DNA of 64,000 nucleotides from Myxococcales bacterium (GTDB lineage Bacteria > Myxococcota_A > UBA9042 > JABWCM01 > BTVJ01): NCBI GenBank assembly GCA_045863395.1, contig BTVJ01000038.1, forward strand, positions 1 to 64,000, written 5' to 3'. The notes beneath the pieces are model-generated. The model saw only the letters and a program-made list of their open reading frames with translations. It was not told where the DNA came from and ran no database searches. The position numbers and the translations under genes are program-made. This document shows, piece after piece, positions 28,361 through 38,128 of this stretch; the first letter of the stretch is position 1; every line of letters starts with the position of its first letter.

Positions 28361-28918
28361 GTGAGCCGTCAGACACCCGCCCTCAAGCCCCAGGACGTCG
28401 TCGTCGCGCTCGCGCTGTCGCTGAGTCCGTCCTGGACCTTCGCCAGCGTCGCGGCCTCGCTGGGCATGTCCGCGTCGGAGGTGCACGGCGCCGTCAAGCG
28501 CCTGCGGACTGCGCGTCTCTACAGCGAGGATCGCCGAGGCCCTGCGGTCGACAACGTTCTCGAATTCCTCGTGCATGGCATCAAGTATGTCTTCCCCGCC
28601 GAGCCCGGCCCGGTGCGCAGAGGCGTGGCCACCTCTGTCTCGGCCCGCCCCTTGCGGGAGCACTTTTCGGGAGCCGCCGGCCCGCTGAGCGAGTTCGTCT
28701 GGCCGACCGCCGACGGGACCGACGCCGGGCAATCGGTGGAGCCGCTCTTCCCGACGGTTCCAGACGCGGCGCTCCGCAACCCGGCGCTTCACGAGCTGCT
28801 CTCCCTCGTCGACGCGCTCCGGATCGGACGTGTCCGTGAGCGCGCCGCGGCAGAGGAGGAGCTGCGCCGGCGCCTCACCGTGTCTTCACAGGACCGGTCT
28901 GCTCCAAGAGCGCCATGA
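28361..28918 (+). CDS. Putative type IV TA antitoxin-like HTH protein
   Basis: LKPQDVVV...LGMSASEVHGAVKRL HTH, LEFLVHGIKYVFP, VWP, LVDALRIGRVRER; ATGA-coupled to an NTase gene. Confidence 0.65.
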   Translation: MSRQTPALKPQDVVVALALSLSPSWTFASVAASLGMSASEVHGAVKRLRTARLYSEDRRGPAVDNVLEFLVHGIKYVFPAEPGPVRRGVATSVSARPLREHFSGAAGPLSEFVWPTADGTDAGQSVEPLFPTVPDAALRNPALHELLSLVDALRIGRVRERAAAEEELRRRLTVSSQDRSAPRAP

Positions 28919-29613
28919 GCGAGAGCAATCTGCAGATTCTGGCTCGCGTCGCGGCTGCGCTCAGACGGGCCAACGTTCGCGCAGTCTTTGTCGGGGGGGC
29001 GACGATCAGTCTCTACCTCGACCCGGTCGCGGCGTCGCGTGTGCGCTCTACGCTGGACGTGGACTGTGTCGTCCCGGCGGCGACTCGATCCGAGTACCGC
29101 AGAATCGAGGCGGTGCTCCAAGCGCACGGCTTCTCGCCGTCCTCCGAGGAGGGCGCCCCGCTGTGCTGCTGGACTCTCGACGGTGAGGTCACGGTGGATG
29201 TCCTCCCGACGTCGAGCGAGGTGCTGGGGTTCGGCAACCGATTCCACGCAGCGGCGCTCGCCACCGCCGAGGAGCATATCGTCGAGGGACAGGTCATCGC
29301 GGTCGCTCCCGTGGCGCTGGCGCTGGCCATGAAGGTCGAGGCGTACCGCGCGCGAGGCGCCCCAGACCCCATCGCGAGCCGCGACCTCGAAGATGCGGTC
29401 GCCCTCCTGGATGGCAACGCCCGCAGCGTCTAAGCCATCGGCACCGCGCCGGTCGACGCTCGCGACGCCGTGCGGGGATGGGCGGCCGCCTTGCTCCAGC
29501 ACCCGCGAGTCAGCGACCTGGTTCTCGGCCACCTGGGACCGACGGGCGACGCCGGCCTGAGGGTCGTCCTCGCGCGACTTCATGCGCTGGCTGCTCTTCC
29601 CGAGACTCTTTGA
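28915..29613 (+). pseudogene. AbiEii-like nucleotidyltransferase with in-frame premature TAA at 29431-29433
   Basis: VFVGGA, R-x-T-x-DVD, K...R...SRDLED NTase motifs; frame stays open for 59 more plausible codons to TGA 29611-29613. Confidence 0.65.
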
Positions 29614-29649
29614 AGCGACCCCGCGCCCGCCGCTCCGCCACTCCCCGAC

Positions 29650-31356
29650 TCACTCCCCCATGGGCAGCGTGCTCAGGTGCCGCAGGTACGCAATCAGGTA
29701 CTCCCGCTCGGCGGGGGCGAGGTCCGGGTAGGCCGGCATGTCGTTGAACTGCCCGAAGTGGATGGCCGCGCCCGGGTCGGCGAGGAAGCTGCGAAGGTAT
29801 GGGACCGACCCGAACCCCTGCAAGGTGGGCCCTACCAGGGCCGTGCCGTCGAGGGTGTGGCAGTTCGTGCAGCCGTTGTCGTCGAAGGCCGCGACGCCGC
29901 GCCCGACCAGGTCGGCGTCCACCGGCGGCACGTGGGCGAGGCCGCTCTGGCTGGCGAGCAGCTCCACCAGCGCGTCCCGGTCCTCGGGGGTCAGGTCGGG
30001 CACCGGCATGGCGTCCTGGCACTTGAGCCCCCCGCAGAAGCGGGGGCCGCTCGGGTCTCTCAGATAGATGCGGAACCAGTCGCGTGACAGGTACCCGGTC
30101 AGCTCGAAGCCTTGCTTCTTCTCGGGAGCCTCTCGCCCGTCGACCTTGTGGCAGTTGAGGCAGCGCTGCTCCTCGAAGATGCGGTGCCCCTCGTACAGGA
30201 TCACGGCGCCCGTCGGGTCGATGCCGCCGGCCCGCGCATACTCCCTCGCCAGCTCCGCCTCCCGCTCCTGCATCGTGACATGGGCGTTGAGCTCGGCGTC
30301 GCCGCTGTCCTCCACGAGCGCGATGGCGGTGAGCACCACCGTGGCGCCGATCAGCGTGAAGAAGGCCGCGAACCAGGGCTTGCGCATGGACGGCGCGCGA
30401 CTCTCCCCCCTATCCAAGAAGGGCAGCAGCAGCAGGAAGCCCGCTCCCAGCGTGGGGATGACGATGGTGCCGATCAGGGCCATGGGCCCCTCGAAGTACT
30501 TGAGGATCTGGAACAGGAACAGGAAGTACCACTCGGGGCGCGCGTCGTAGTTGCTTGACGGGTCCGCCGGCGCGTCGAGCGGGGCGCCGACGAAGATGGC
30601 CAGGGCGAGCAGCACCCCGACGATCACCAGCATGTAGACCGTGTCCTTGAAGACCTGGGCGGGCCAGAAGCGCTCCAACCGGGCGGCGAGCTCGTCCTTG
30701 GACAGCCGCCACGACGGCGTGACCCCGTGCCGGCGGAACAGCGCGAGGTGCAGCACGAGCAGCGCGATGAGCGCGCCCGGCATCACGAACACGTGCAGCG
30801 CGTAGAAGCGCGTGATGGTGAGGTTCCCGTACTCGGTGCCGCTCTGCATGAGCGCCTGCATGGAGGGCCCGAGGACCGGCGCCGTCCCCATGATGCGCGT
30901 CGCCACCTGCGTCGCCCAGTAGCCCTTTTGATCCCAGGGCAGCAGGTAGCCGGTCAGGGCGAAGCCGAGCACCACGAAGAGCATGAGGACGCCGATGAGC
31001 CAGTTCAGCTCCCGGGGGCGCTTGTAGGCCCCGAGCACGAACACCTGCACCATGTGGACGACCGAGAGCACCACCATGGCGCTGGCCCCGAAGTGGTGGA
31101 GCCCCCGCACGAGCCAGCCGAAGCGCACCTCATTCTGCAGGTAGTAGACGCTCCCCCAGGCGTCGCTGGTCGAGGGGCTGAAGTACATGGCCATGACGAT
31201 GCCGGTGATCGCCTGGATGGCGAAGGCGAACACCAGGCCGCTGCCGGTCACGAACATCCAGCGGCTCCCGCCGGGGATGGGCTCGTCCAGCGCCGCTCGC
31301 GCCACCCGCCGCCACCCGGCGCGGTCGTCCAGCCAGTCCAGCACCTTGCGCACCAT
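29650..31356 (-). CDS. Cytochrome b/b6 fused to subunit IV and two c-type heme domains (bc complex)
   Basis: RGLHHFGAS, TGYLLPWDQKGYW, RFYALHV, RPEWYF, CLNCH and CTNCH. Confidence 0.92.
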   Translation of the reverse strand: MVRKVLDWLDDRAGWRRVARAALDEPIPGGSRWMFVTGSGLVFAFAIQAITGIVMAMYFSPSTSDAWGSVYYLQNEVRFGWLVRGLHHFGASAMVVLSVVHMVQVFVLGAYKRPRELNWLIGVLMLFVVLGFALTGYLLPWDQKGYWATQVATRIMGTAPVLGPSMQALMQSGTEYGNLTITRFYALHVFVMPGALIALLVLHLALFRRHGVTPSWRLSKDELAARLERFWPAQVFKDTVYMLVIVGVLLALAIFVGAPLDAPADPSSNYDARPEWYFLFLFQILKYFEGPMALIGTIVIPTLGAGFLLLLPFLDRGESRAPSMRKPWFAAFFTLIGATVVLTAIALVEDSGDAELNAHVTMQEREAELAREYARAGGIDPTGAVILYEGHRIFEEQRCLNCHKVDGREAPEKKQGFELTGYLSRDWFRIYLRDPSGPRFCGGLKCQDAMPVPDLTPEDRDALVELLASQSGLAHVPPVDADLVGRGVAAFDDNGCTNCHTLDGTALVGPTLQGFGSVPYLRSFLADPGAAIHFGQFNDMPAYPDLAPAEREYLIAYLRHLSTLPMGE

Positions 31357-31379
31357 GGGTTGGCCTCCTTCTCCGAATG

Positions 31380-31931
31380 TCAGGCGAGCGGCTGGCGGTC
31401 GGCGACGCCAGTCCGGTAGCGCACGTAGCGCACGAGGAGCTGGCCGTCCTCGACCCGCCAGTCCAGCGGGTCCATGCCTCGCGGCGCTGGGTTCTGCGCC
31501 TCGCCCGACGCTTGCCGCTCGCCATCCTTCGAGAAGTGGCTCCCGTGGCAGGGGCACAGGAACTGGGCGCTCGACTCACGCCACTGGACACCGCAGCCCA
31601 GGTGGGGGCAGACCGTGGAGAAGACCGCGAAGGTGTCGTCGTCCCCGCGCACGACCCAGGCGGCCCCGATGGAGACCCCGGCGCGGCGGACCCAGGCGTC
31701 CGTGGAGTCTCCGATGATGGTCACCTTGACGGGCTCCCCGACGGGGAAGCGGCTCACAGGCCCCAGTGGGCTCCAGCCGGTGGGCTTCTTGACGATCTCT
31801 CCGTCCAGCGGGAAGGCGATGGTGCCCAGCACGGGTACGGCCACTCCCGCGGCGATGGCGCCCTGGATGGTCAGGGAAGCGCGCTTGAGGAAGCGGCGCC
31901 GGGGGGTCTCGGGTTCGGGCTCGTGGCTCAT
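31380..31931 (-). CDS. Rieske 2Fe-2S subunit of bc complex
   Basis: Tat motif RRRFLK, CPHLGC, CPCHGS. Confidence 0.93.
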   Translation of the reverse strand: MSHEPEPETPRRRFLKRASLTIQGAIAAGVAVPVLGTIAFPLDGEIVKKPTGWSPLGPVSRFPVGEPVKVTIIGDSTDAWVRRAGVSIGAAWVVRGDDDTFAVFSTVCPHLGCGVQWRESSAQFLCPCHGSHFSKDGERQASGEAQNPAPRGMDPLDWRVEDGQLLVRYVRYRTGVADRQPLA

Positions 31932-32041
31932 GGGCGGTGCTCCTTGGACAGGGGGCCGTCCTCAGAGCATCGCCGATGCGGGCCCGGATGCCAAATCCGG
32001 CGCGATGAGCACCACGCCTCGCCGTACTCCGGGAGTGCGCG

Positions 32042-32653
32042 TCAGGCGCGCCGGTAGACCGCCGTGAGGTTGTTGGCGGGCATCTCGACCACGTCCTCGA
32101 GGAGCAAGCCGTGGGTGGCGGCGACGCGCGCGACCACGTCCAGGTCGCGGACCCCCCACGCCGGGTCCCGGCTCCGCAGGCTGGCGTCGAAGGCGGCGTT
32201 GCTCGGCGCGGTGTGGCCGCCCCGCAGGTAGGGGCCGTACATCGCCAGAACGCCGCCCGGCCGCAGCACACGCCCTGCTCCGGCGAGCAGCGCCTCGCAC
32301 ACCTCCCACGGGGCGATGTGGATCATGTTCGCGCAGAAGATCGCGTCGAAGGGGCCCGCGGGCCACGCGCGGCGCACGTCCAGGTCGAGGGGAGGGAGCA
32401 CCCGCGTGGCTCCGCTGTGCGCGATCCACGCGGCGATGCTCTCCCGGTTCTCGGGCTCCGGATCGCTCGGCACCCACTCGACGTCCAGGTGGGCCGCGAA
32501 GTGGACGGCGTGCTCCCCCGTGCCGCTCGCCACCTCCAGGACCCGCCCCGGCAAGGGCAGCGCCCGCCGGAGCACGTCCAGGATGGGGTCGCGGTTCCTC
32601 GCCGTGGCCGCCGCGAACCGCCTCTTGTCATCCCCTGACTGCCCGACAATCAC
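32042..32653 (-). CDS. DUF938-family class I SAM-dependent methyltransferase
   Basis: RNRDPIL, LEVASGTGEH, NMIHIAPW, YGPY, SNAAFD, EMPANN. Confidence 0.88.
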   Translation of the reverse strand: MIVGQSGDDKRRFAAATARNRDPILDVLRRALPLPGRVLEVASGTGEHAVHFAAHLDVEWVPSDPEPENRESIAAWIAHSGATRVLPPLDLDVRRAWPAGPFDAIFCANMIHIAPWEVCEALLAGAGRVLRPGGVLAMYGPYLRGGHTAPSNAAFDASLRSRDPAWGVRDLDVVARVAATHGLLLEDVVEMPANNLTAVYRRA

Positions 32654-32663
32654 GTGCCGCGCT

Positions 32664-33175
32664 CTAGACCTCGGCCTTCGGCTCGGGCTTGATGGTCCCC
32701 ATCAGGCCCCCGAGGGCGCCGCCCGCTCCGGACACGAGCAGGAGGTGCATGGCGACGCCGACCGCCGACTCGGCGCCCGTCTCCTTGAAGGCCGCGCTCA
32801 ACAAGGCCCAGATGCCGAGGCCGATCAGCCCGAAGAGCAGGGAGCCGATTCCCAGGCCGCGGCCGAAGCGCTTGGCCGCGCCGATGCCGCCGAAGAGGAG
32901 CAGGAACACCGCCGGCGCGAAGCAGGCCAGCACGATGCCCTTGACCGCGCTGAGGGCCTCGTTGGGTCCTTGACGGCCGCCTTGTCGGTCTCGCTGTCGA
33001 CGATCTTGCCGGCCTCGCCGACCACGTCCTGGGTGGAGCTGATGCCCTTGACGATCTGGAATGCGCTGAGCTGTCCCGTGAAACCACTGTCCTTCACCGA
33101 GGCGAGGGGCAGGAAGAAGGCGGCGACGCCGACGATGCCGGCCAGGAGGACGATGAACTTCGAGATCTTGGACAT
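32664..33175 (-). pseudogene. Membrane protein split by a 1-nt frameshift near 32965 (or sequencing error)
   Basis: MSKISKFIVLLAG...AAVKD in one frame continues as NEALSAVKGIVLAC...KPEPKAEV in another; both halves GC3-rich. Confidence 0.7.
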
Positions 33176-33380
33176 GGTGCGACTCCATGAGGTGGCTGTG
33201 ATGCCGAGCCGCACCGGCGGCCGGGCCATCTACTTCATTTGGGCGCCATGTGTAGCACAGGTCCGGGCGCTGCGGAAGTTGTTGTTCCTGGCGTTCACGC
33301 CGTGGTGATCCCGAAGAGATCCCTTGCGGAGCGACGCGCACGCAGCAACCCTGCACTGCGACCACACACGGGAGGACCCG

Positions 33381-34343
33381 ATGCCCGACCCCTCGCCTCT
33401 CCCCTGCGCCGCCGAGGCCCGCTGGCTGCGCAAAGGTCCCCTGCCGGCGCTCGACGACCCGGAGGGGGACCGGGTCCCCGATGGGGCTCCCCCGATCATC
33501 GACGCCCACGTCCACCTGTTCCCCGACGGCCTCTTCGAGGCCATCTGGCGGTGGTTCGACGCCCACGGGTGGCCGGTGCGGTACCGGCTGCACGCCCGCG
33601 CGGTGATCCGGTTCCTCCTGGACCGCGGCGTGGACCACGTCGTGGCGCTCCACTACGCCCACAAGCCGGGGTTGGCGCGGGCCATGAACGCCTTCATGGC
33701 GGAGGTGTGCGCCGCCGAGCCGCAGGTGACCGGGCTCGCGACGGTGCTGCCGGGGGAGCCGGACGCGGGCGCCATCCTGCGAGACGCCTTCGCCGCGGGC
33801 CTCCGCGGCGTCAAGCTCCACTGCCACGTCCAGTGCTTCGCGCCCGACGACCCGCGCATCGCCCCGGTCTACGAGGCGTGCGCGTCCGCGGGCCTCCCCC
33901 TGGTCATGCACGCCGGCCGGGAGCCTGCGAGCCCCGCATACTGCTGCGACCCCTACGCCGTCTGCGGGGTGGAGCGGGTCGAGGCGGTGCTGCGGGAGTG
34001 GCCGAGCCTTCGTCTCTGTGTGCCGCACCTCGGCGCCGACGAGCTGCCGGGGTACGCCCGCCTGCTGGAGCGCTACGACACGCTCTGGCTCGACACGACC
34101 ATGACCATGGCCGGCTACTTCGGCGGCGACGACCCCCTGTGGATGCTCGGCGTGCGGCCGGACCGGGTCCTCTACGGCACCGACTTCCCCAACCTCCCCT
34201 ACGCCTGGGATCGGGAGCTGCTGCGCCTGCTCCGTGGCTGCCCGGAGCGGCACCACGAGGCGCTCTTTGGGGGCGTCGCGCGGGGGCTGTTCGGGCTCCC
34301 GCAGGTCAGCGCAGCAGGAACCACGCCGCCGCGACCAGCGTGA
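33381..34343 (+). CDS. Amidohydrolase (Amidohydro_2 family)
   Basis: IDAHVH, GVKLH, VMHAG, PHLG, LYGTDFP. Confidence 0.9.
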   Translation: MPDPSPLPCAAEARWLRKGPLPALDDPEGDRVPDGAPPIIDAHVHLFPDGLFEAIWRWFDAHGWPVRYRLHARAVIRFLLDRGVDHVVALHYAHKPGLARAMNAFMAEVCAAEPQVTGLATVLPGEPDAGAILRDAFAAGLRGVKLHCHVQCFAPDDPRIAPVYEACASAGLPLVMHAGREPASPAYCCDPYAVCGVERVEAVLREWPSLRLCVPHLGADELPGYARLLERYDTLWLDTTMTMAGYFGGDDPLWMLGVRPDRVLYGTDFPNLPYAWDRELLRLLRGCPERHHEALFGGVARGLFGLPQVSAAGTTPPRPA

Positions 34344-35079
34344 TCACCACCAGGAAGCGCCGGATCCACGCGTCCCCCCCGGCGATGGACATGGTGACCC
34401 CGAGGCGGGCGCCGACCAGCATCCCTGCCGTCAGCGGGATCGCGTAGGCCAGATGCACGAGGCCGTGGGCGACGAACACGAACGTCGCCGTCAGGTTCAT
34501 GACGAAGCTCAGCGCGGTCTTCACGCTGTTGCCGGTCACCAGGTCCAGGTCGAACAGCAGGACCAGGAGCGGGAGCATCATCAAGCCGAGCCCGCCGCCG
34601 AAGAAGCCCCCGTAGATGCCGAGGACTCCGAAGAGCGCCACGCCGCCAACAGCGGCTCCGCGCCGCAGGGGAGGGCGCTCCGTCCGGCCCTTGGGTCGCG
34701 GCTTCTTGAGCACGAGAACGAGCGTCCCGAGCATCAGCAGGCCGACGATGCGCGAGAAAGCCCGTTCGGGGAGCTCCACGACGAACCATGACCCCAGGAC
34801 GGCTCCAGCGACCGCAGGAAGCGCCAGGATGGCGACGAGTCGCAGGTCGCGGAAGCCACGCCGCGCGAAGGACGCGGCGCTGAACAGGGACTGGGCGGTC
34901 GTCGCGAGGTTGTTGGTGGCGTTGGCCGCGTTGGCCGGGAGGCCCAGCCAGGCGAGCACCGGCATGCACAGCAGGCTCGCGCCTCCCGCCACCGTGTTGA
35001 TGAAGCCCCCCGCCACGCCGACGACCGCCAGGGTCGCCGCCTTGACGAGCAGCAGCGCGAAGGTGTCGTCGGTTCCCAC
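34306..35079 (-). CDS. TSUP (TauE/SafE) family membrane transporter
   Basis: GFINTVAGG, ANATN, GIYGGFFGGG, multiple TM helices. Confidence 0.88.
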   Translation of the reverse strand: MGTDDTFALLLVKAATLAVVGVAGGFINTVAGGASLLCMPVLAWLGLPANAANATNNLATTAQSLFSAASFARRGFRDLRLVAILALPAVAGAVLGSWFVVELPERAFSRIVGLLMLGTLVLVLKKPRPKGRTERPPLRRGAAVGGVALFGVLGIYGGFFGGGLGLMMLPLLVLLFDLDLVTGNSVKTALSFVMNLTATFVFVAHGLVHLAYAIPLTAGMLVGARLGVTMSIAGGDAWIRRFLVVITLVAAAWFLLR

Positions 35080-35188
35080 GGTGCCCCTGCCAGCTCGGGC
35101 CGCACACTACGCGAGGCGCGGCGCAGGCGCAACGGCTCGACGTCGCCCGTCCCATTGGCTAGAGTCGCGACCCCACACGGAGGTCCCC

Positions 35189-37099
35189 ATGCGCATCGCG
35201 ACCTTGCTCGTGCTCTTCGTCACGACTCCCGCCGCCGCCTCGACCCTCTATGGCCTGCCGGCGCTCGACCGCGCCGACTTCAACCGCCTGGCCGCGGCCG
35301 CCGGCGTGCCCCTGTTCTGGAAGGTCGACGCCGCGTCGACAGGGCAGGTGGACCCGGACGAGCTCGTCGCCATCGGGGACGCCTCACTCAGCCAATGGGT
35401 GGGCGCCGGCGCCTTCACGGCCGCCTTCGAGAGCGCGTACCGCCGCCTCGTGGAGCTGCGCCGCCGTGAGGCCGTGGCCCGGGAGCTGGCGCAGGGGCGC
35501 CCGACCCTCGTCGAGACGGACCTGAGCGCCGCAACCAGAGAAGATCGCGCCGTCATGGGCCACCTGCTGGAGGTGGCGAGGCTCATCGACGCGCTCTACG
35601 CTGTGCAGATCGGCGCCGCTGGCCTCCTGGAGCGCGTCGCTGCCGACGACCCGGCGAGCCGGGCCCTGTTCCACAGGAACCACGGCCCCTGGTGCGAGGC
35701 CCCCGAGACCGAGGCCGACCCCTTCTGCAACGCGCTGCCCGACTTCCCCGAGGCTCGCTCCTTCGCCTACCCGGACGACGTGGTGGTCGACAAGGCCTTC
35801 TGCGACGCGCTGGCCAAGGAGCCCAATGCCAGCGCCCTCATGGACCCCTTCACGGTCGTCCGCCGCCGCGACGGCGCCCTGGTCGCGGTCCCCTACACCG
35901 AGGTCTACGGCGACCTGATGGCCAAGACCGCCAAGGCGCTGCGGGCGGCGGCGGAGGCGGCGGACCCGAAGGACGAGGCGGCCCTGCGCGCCTACCTGCT
36001 CGCGGCGGCCGCCGGCTTCGAGACCAACCAGTGGGAGCCGGCGGACGAGGCGTGGTCCCGCATGAGCGCCCGCAACAGCCGGTGGTACGTCCGCGTCGGG
36101 CCCGACGAGACCTACTTCGAGCCGTGCCAGCTCAAGGCGGGCTTCCACCTCTCCCTCGCCCGGGTCGACGAGGGCGCCCTGGCGTGGGAGGAGCGCCTCG
36201 TCACCCTGCGGACCGAGATGGAGCAGCGCATCGCCGCGATCATCGGCCCCCCCTACGCGGCGCGGGACGTCCAGTTCCACCTGCCGGAGTTCATCAACGT
36301 CGTGATCAACGCCGGCGACAGCCGGAGCGGCCTCGGCGCGACGGTCGGCCAGTCGCTGCCCAACTTCGGCAAGGTGGCCGAGGAGGGGCGCGGCCGCACC
36401 GTCGCCATGGTCAACCTCTACACGGACGCGGACTCACTCGAAACGGCCCGCCGCCAGGCCGCGTCCCTGTTGGTGCCGGACGTGGCCGCCCTCGCAGGGG
36501 ACCCGGCCATGGCCCAGCTCGACACGGTGCTGCACGAGGCGACCCACAACCTCGGCCCCTATGGCGGGACCACCATCGACGGCAAGCGCCCCGAGGAACA
36601 CTTCGGCGGGCGCGTCGACGCCATCCTGGAGGAGCTCAAGGCCCAGGCGGGCTCGCTGTTCCTCATGAAGTACCTCGGAGAGAAGGGCACCTTGACCCCC
36701 CAACAGGTGCGGCAGGGTTGGGTGAGCACCATCAGTTGGGCCTTCGGGCACGTGGCCCGGGGCATGTGGACGCCGACGGGGCAGCCGAAGACCTACTCCC
36801 AGCTCGCGGCGATCCTGCTCGGCGAGCTCCAGCGCGCGGGCGCCCTGGCCTTCGTCGAGGGGGGCGAGGGGCCGGACCCGGGGCGCTTCACCGTGGACTT
36901 CGCGAAGATGCCGGCGGCCGTCGACGCGCTGCTCGCGGAGGTCGGCCGCATCAAGGCGTCCGGCGACCGGGAGGCGGCCGACGCGCTCATTGCGCGTCAC
37001 ACCAGCGAGGGCGGCCTGGCGGCGATCCGCGCCGGCCTGATCACGGAGCGGGTGCTCCGCTACCCCAAGGCCAGCTTCGTGTACGCGGTGAAGAGATGA
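35189..37099 (+). CDS. Secreted zinc metallopeptidase, M49/DPP III-like (HExxH)
   Basis: Signal peptide; GPDETY, GQSLPN, LHEATHNLGP, LEELKA. Confidence 0.65.
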   Translation: MRIATLLVLFVTTPAAASTLYGLPALDRADFNRLAAAAGVPLFWKVDAASTGQVDPDELVAIGDASLSQWVGAGAFTAAFESAYRRLVELRRREAVARELAQGRPTLVETDLSAATREDRAVMGHLLEVARLIDALYAVQIGAAGLLERVAADDPASRALFHRNHGPWCEAPETEADPFCNALPDFPEARSFAYPDDVVVDKAFCDALAKEPNASALMDPFTVVRRRDGALVAVPYTEVYGDLMAKTAKALRAAAEAADPKDEAALRAYLLAAAAGFETNQWEPADEAWSRMSARNSRWYVRVGPDETYFEPCQLKAGFHLSLARVDEGALAWEERLVTLRTEMEQRIAAIIGPPYAARDVQFHLPEFINVVINAGDSRSGLGATVGQSLPNFGKVAEEGRGRTVAMVNLYTDADSLETARRQAASLLVPDVAALAGDPAMAQLDTVLHEATHNLGPYGGTTIDGKRPEEHFGGRVDAILEELKAQAGSLFLMKYLGEKGTLTPQQVRQGWVSTISWAFGHVARGMWTPTGQPKTYSQLAAILLGELQRAGALAFVEGGEGPDPGRFTVDFAKMPAAVDALLAEVGRIKASGDREAADALIARHTSEGGLAAIRAGLITERVLRYPKASFVYAVKR

Positions 37100-37133
37100 G
37101 GGCCGCGAGGCGCCCTCATGGGCCAAGAAAAAA

Positions 37134-37211
37134 TGGTGTCCCCAAGGGGATTTGAACCCCTGTCGCCGGCGTGAAAGGCCGGTGTCCTGGGCCTGACTAG
37201 ACGATGGGGAC
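37134..37211 (-). tRNA. tRNA-Glu (UUC), CCA encoded
   Basis: GTCCCCATCGTCTAGTCAGGCCCAGGACACCGGCCTTTCACGCCGGCGACAGGGGTTCAAATCCCCTTGGGGACACCA cloverleaf. Confidence 0.96.
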
Positions 37212-37216
37212 CTGAG

Positions 37217-37289
37217 TGAGCCGTGCTGGAGTCGAACCAGCGACCATCGGATTAAAAGTCCGGTGCTCTACCAACTGAGCTAACGGCCC
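37217..37289 (-). tRNA. tRNA-Lys (UUU), CCA not encoded
   Basis: GGGCCGTTAGCTCAGTTGGTAGAGCACCGGACTTTTAATCCGATGGTCGCTGGTTCGACTCCAGCACGGCTCA cloverleaf. Confidence 0.96.
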
Positions 37290-37347
37290 GAGCGACCAGC
37301 GCTCGCGACCTCGCGAGCGCGGAGCCAGCGCCGTGCGCCGGCCGCGT

Positions 37348-37377
37348 ACCTTACGAGAGCCTGCCGGCGCGTGTCAA
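37348..37377 (-). promoter_or_regulatory. Putative sigma70 promoter of the tRNA pair
   Basis: TTGACA-N18-TAAGGT on the minus strand followed by a GC-rich discriminator. Confidence 0.5.
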
Positions 37378-37435
37378 CCCCGGCGACTGGCGCAGGCGAT
37401 GCAGTTGCGCTAAGGTCCCCCACCCGGAGGAAGAG

Positions 37436-38056
37436 ATGTGCGTGCGTGCCGCAGCGGTGATCCTGGTGGCGACCGTGGTCGGATGTGGCGGCGGGCGCGC
37501 CTCCAACGCCGGGGACGCGTCCGGCGAGGCCGTGGTGCTGCGCCCCTCGCCCCTGCCGAAGCCGGGCGAGGCGCCCCCCGACGGCATCCTGGCAGAGATC
37601 CTGCGCACCCCGAAGGTCATCGACGCGGTGGACAGCGCGGACTTCGCCGCGGCGATCCTGGAGGCGGCCTACCGGGACGGCGACCTGGCGACGGTGATGG
37701 ACACGGTGTACTGGTCCCACCGGCGCTGCCGCATCGGGGTGTTCAAGTGCAGCGAGCTCGGGTCGACGGCGCGGCGGGTCGGCGCCCTGGTCCCGCTGGT
37801 GCCGAGCGCGGCGCTGCGTCCGAAGGGCATGCCGCCGGAGGCCTTCGCCGCCACCGTCGCCACCACCGTCGAGCGCCTGGAGGCGGGGAATCTGCCGGAC
37901 AACGAGCCGGAGCTGCCCTATCACGCCAAGCACGGGGAGGCGCTCTTCCGGTTCCGCGACCACCATGGTATGCAGCGCTTCCTGCTCCTGGTCCGCACCG
38001 GGACCGCCTGGAAGCTTCTGTTCATCGGCGGTGTTGAGCCGCTGCGCACGTTGTGA
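37436..38056 (+). CDS. Hypothetical lipoprotein
   Basis: Lipobox VVGC, RBS GGAGG. Confidence 0.6.
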   Translation: MCVRAAAVILVATVVGCGGGRASNAGDASGEAVVLRPSPLPKPGEAPPDGILAEILRTPKVIDAVDSADFAAAILEAAYRDGDLATVMDTVYWSHRRCRIGVFKCSELGSTARRVGALVPLVPSAALRPKGMPPEAFAATVATTVERLEAGNLPDNEPELPYHAKHGEALFRFRDHHGMQRFLLLVRTGTAWKLLFIGGVEPLRTL

Positions 38057-38128
38057 GCACGTTGTCGCCCCCTGCATCGACGGGGCATGGAAGCCGCGCC
38101 CGTCGCGGTGGGCAGTGAGGAGGAGAGC

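Noticed and set aside
29431..29433. Recoded stop (selenocysteine/pyrrolysine)
   Set aside because: The codon is TAA, which is not used for Sec or Pyl
37096..37119. Intrinsic terminator (atgagggc...gccctcat) between the peptidase and tRNA-Glu
   Set aside because: The hairpin is real but has no adjacent downstream U-tract on either strand, so it is not called as a terminator
37134..37289. tRNA-anchored genomic island
   Set aside because: No duplicate of either tRNA 3' end and no integrase noticed; flanking genes look native
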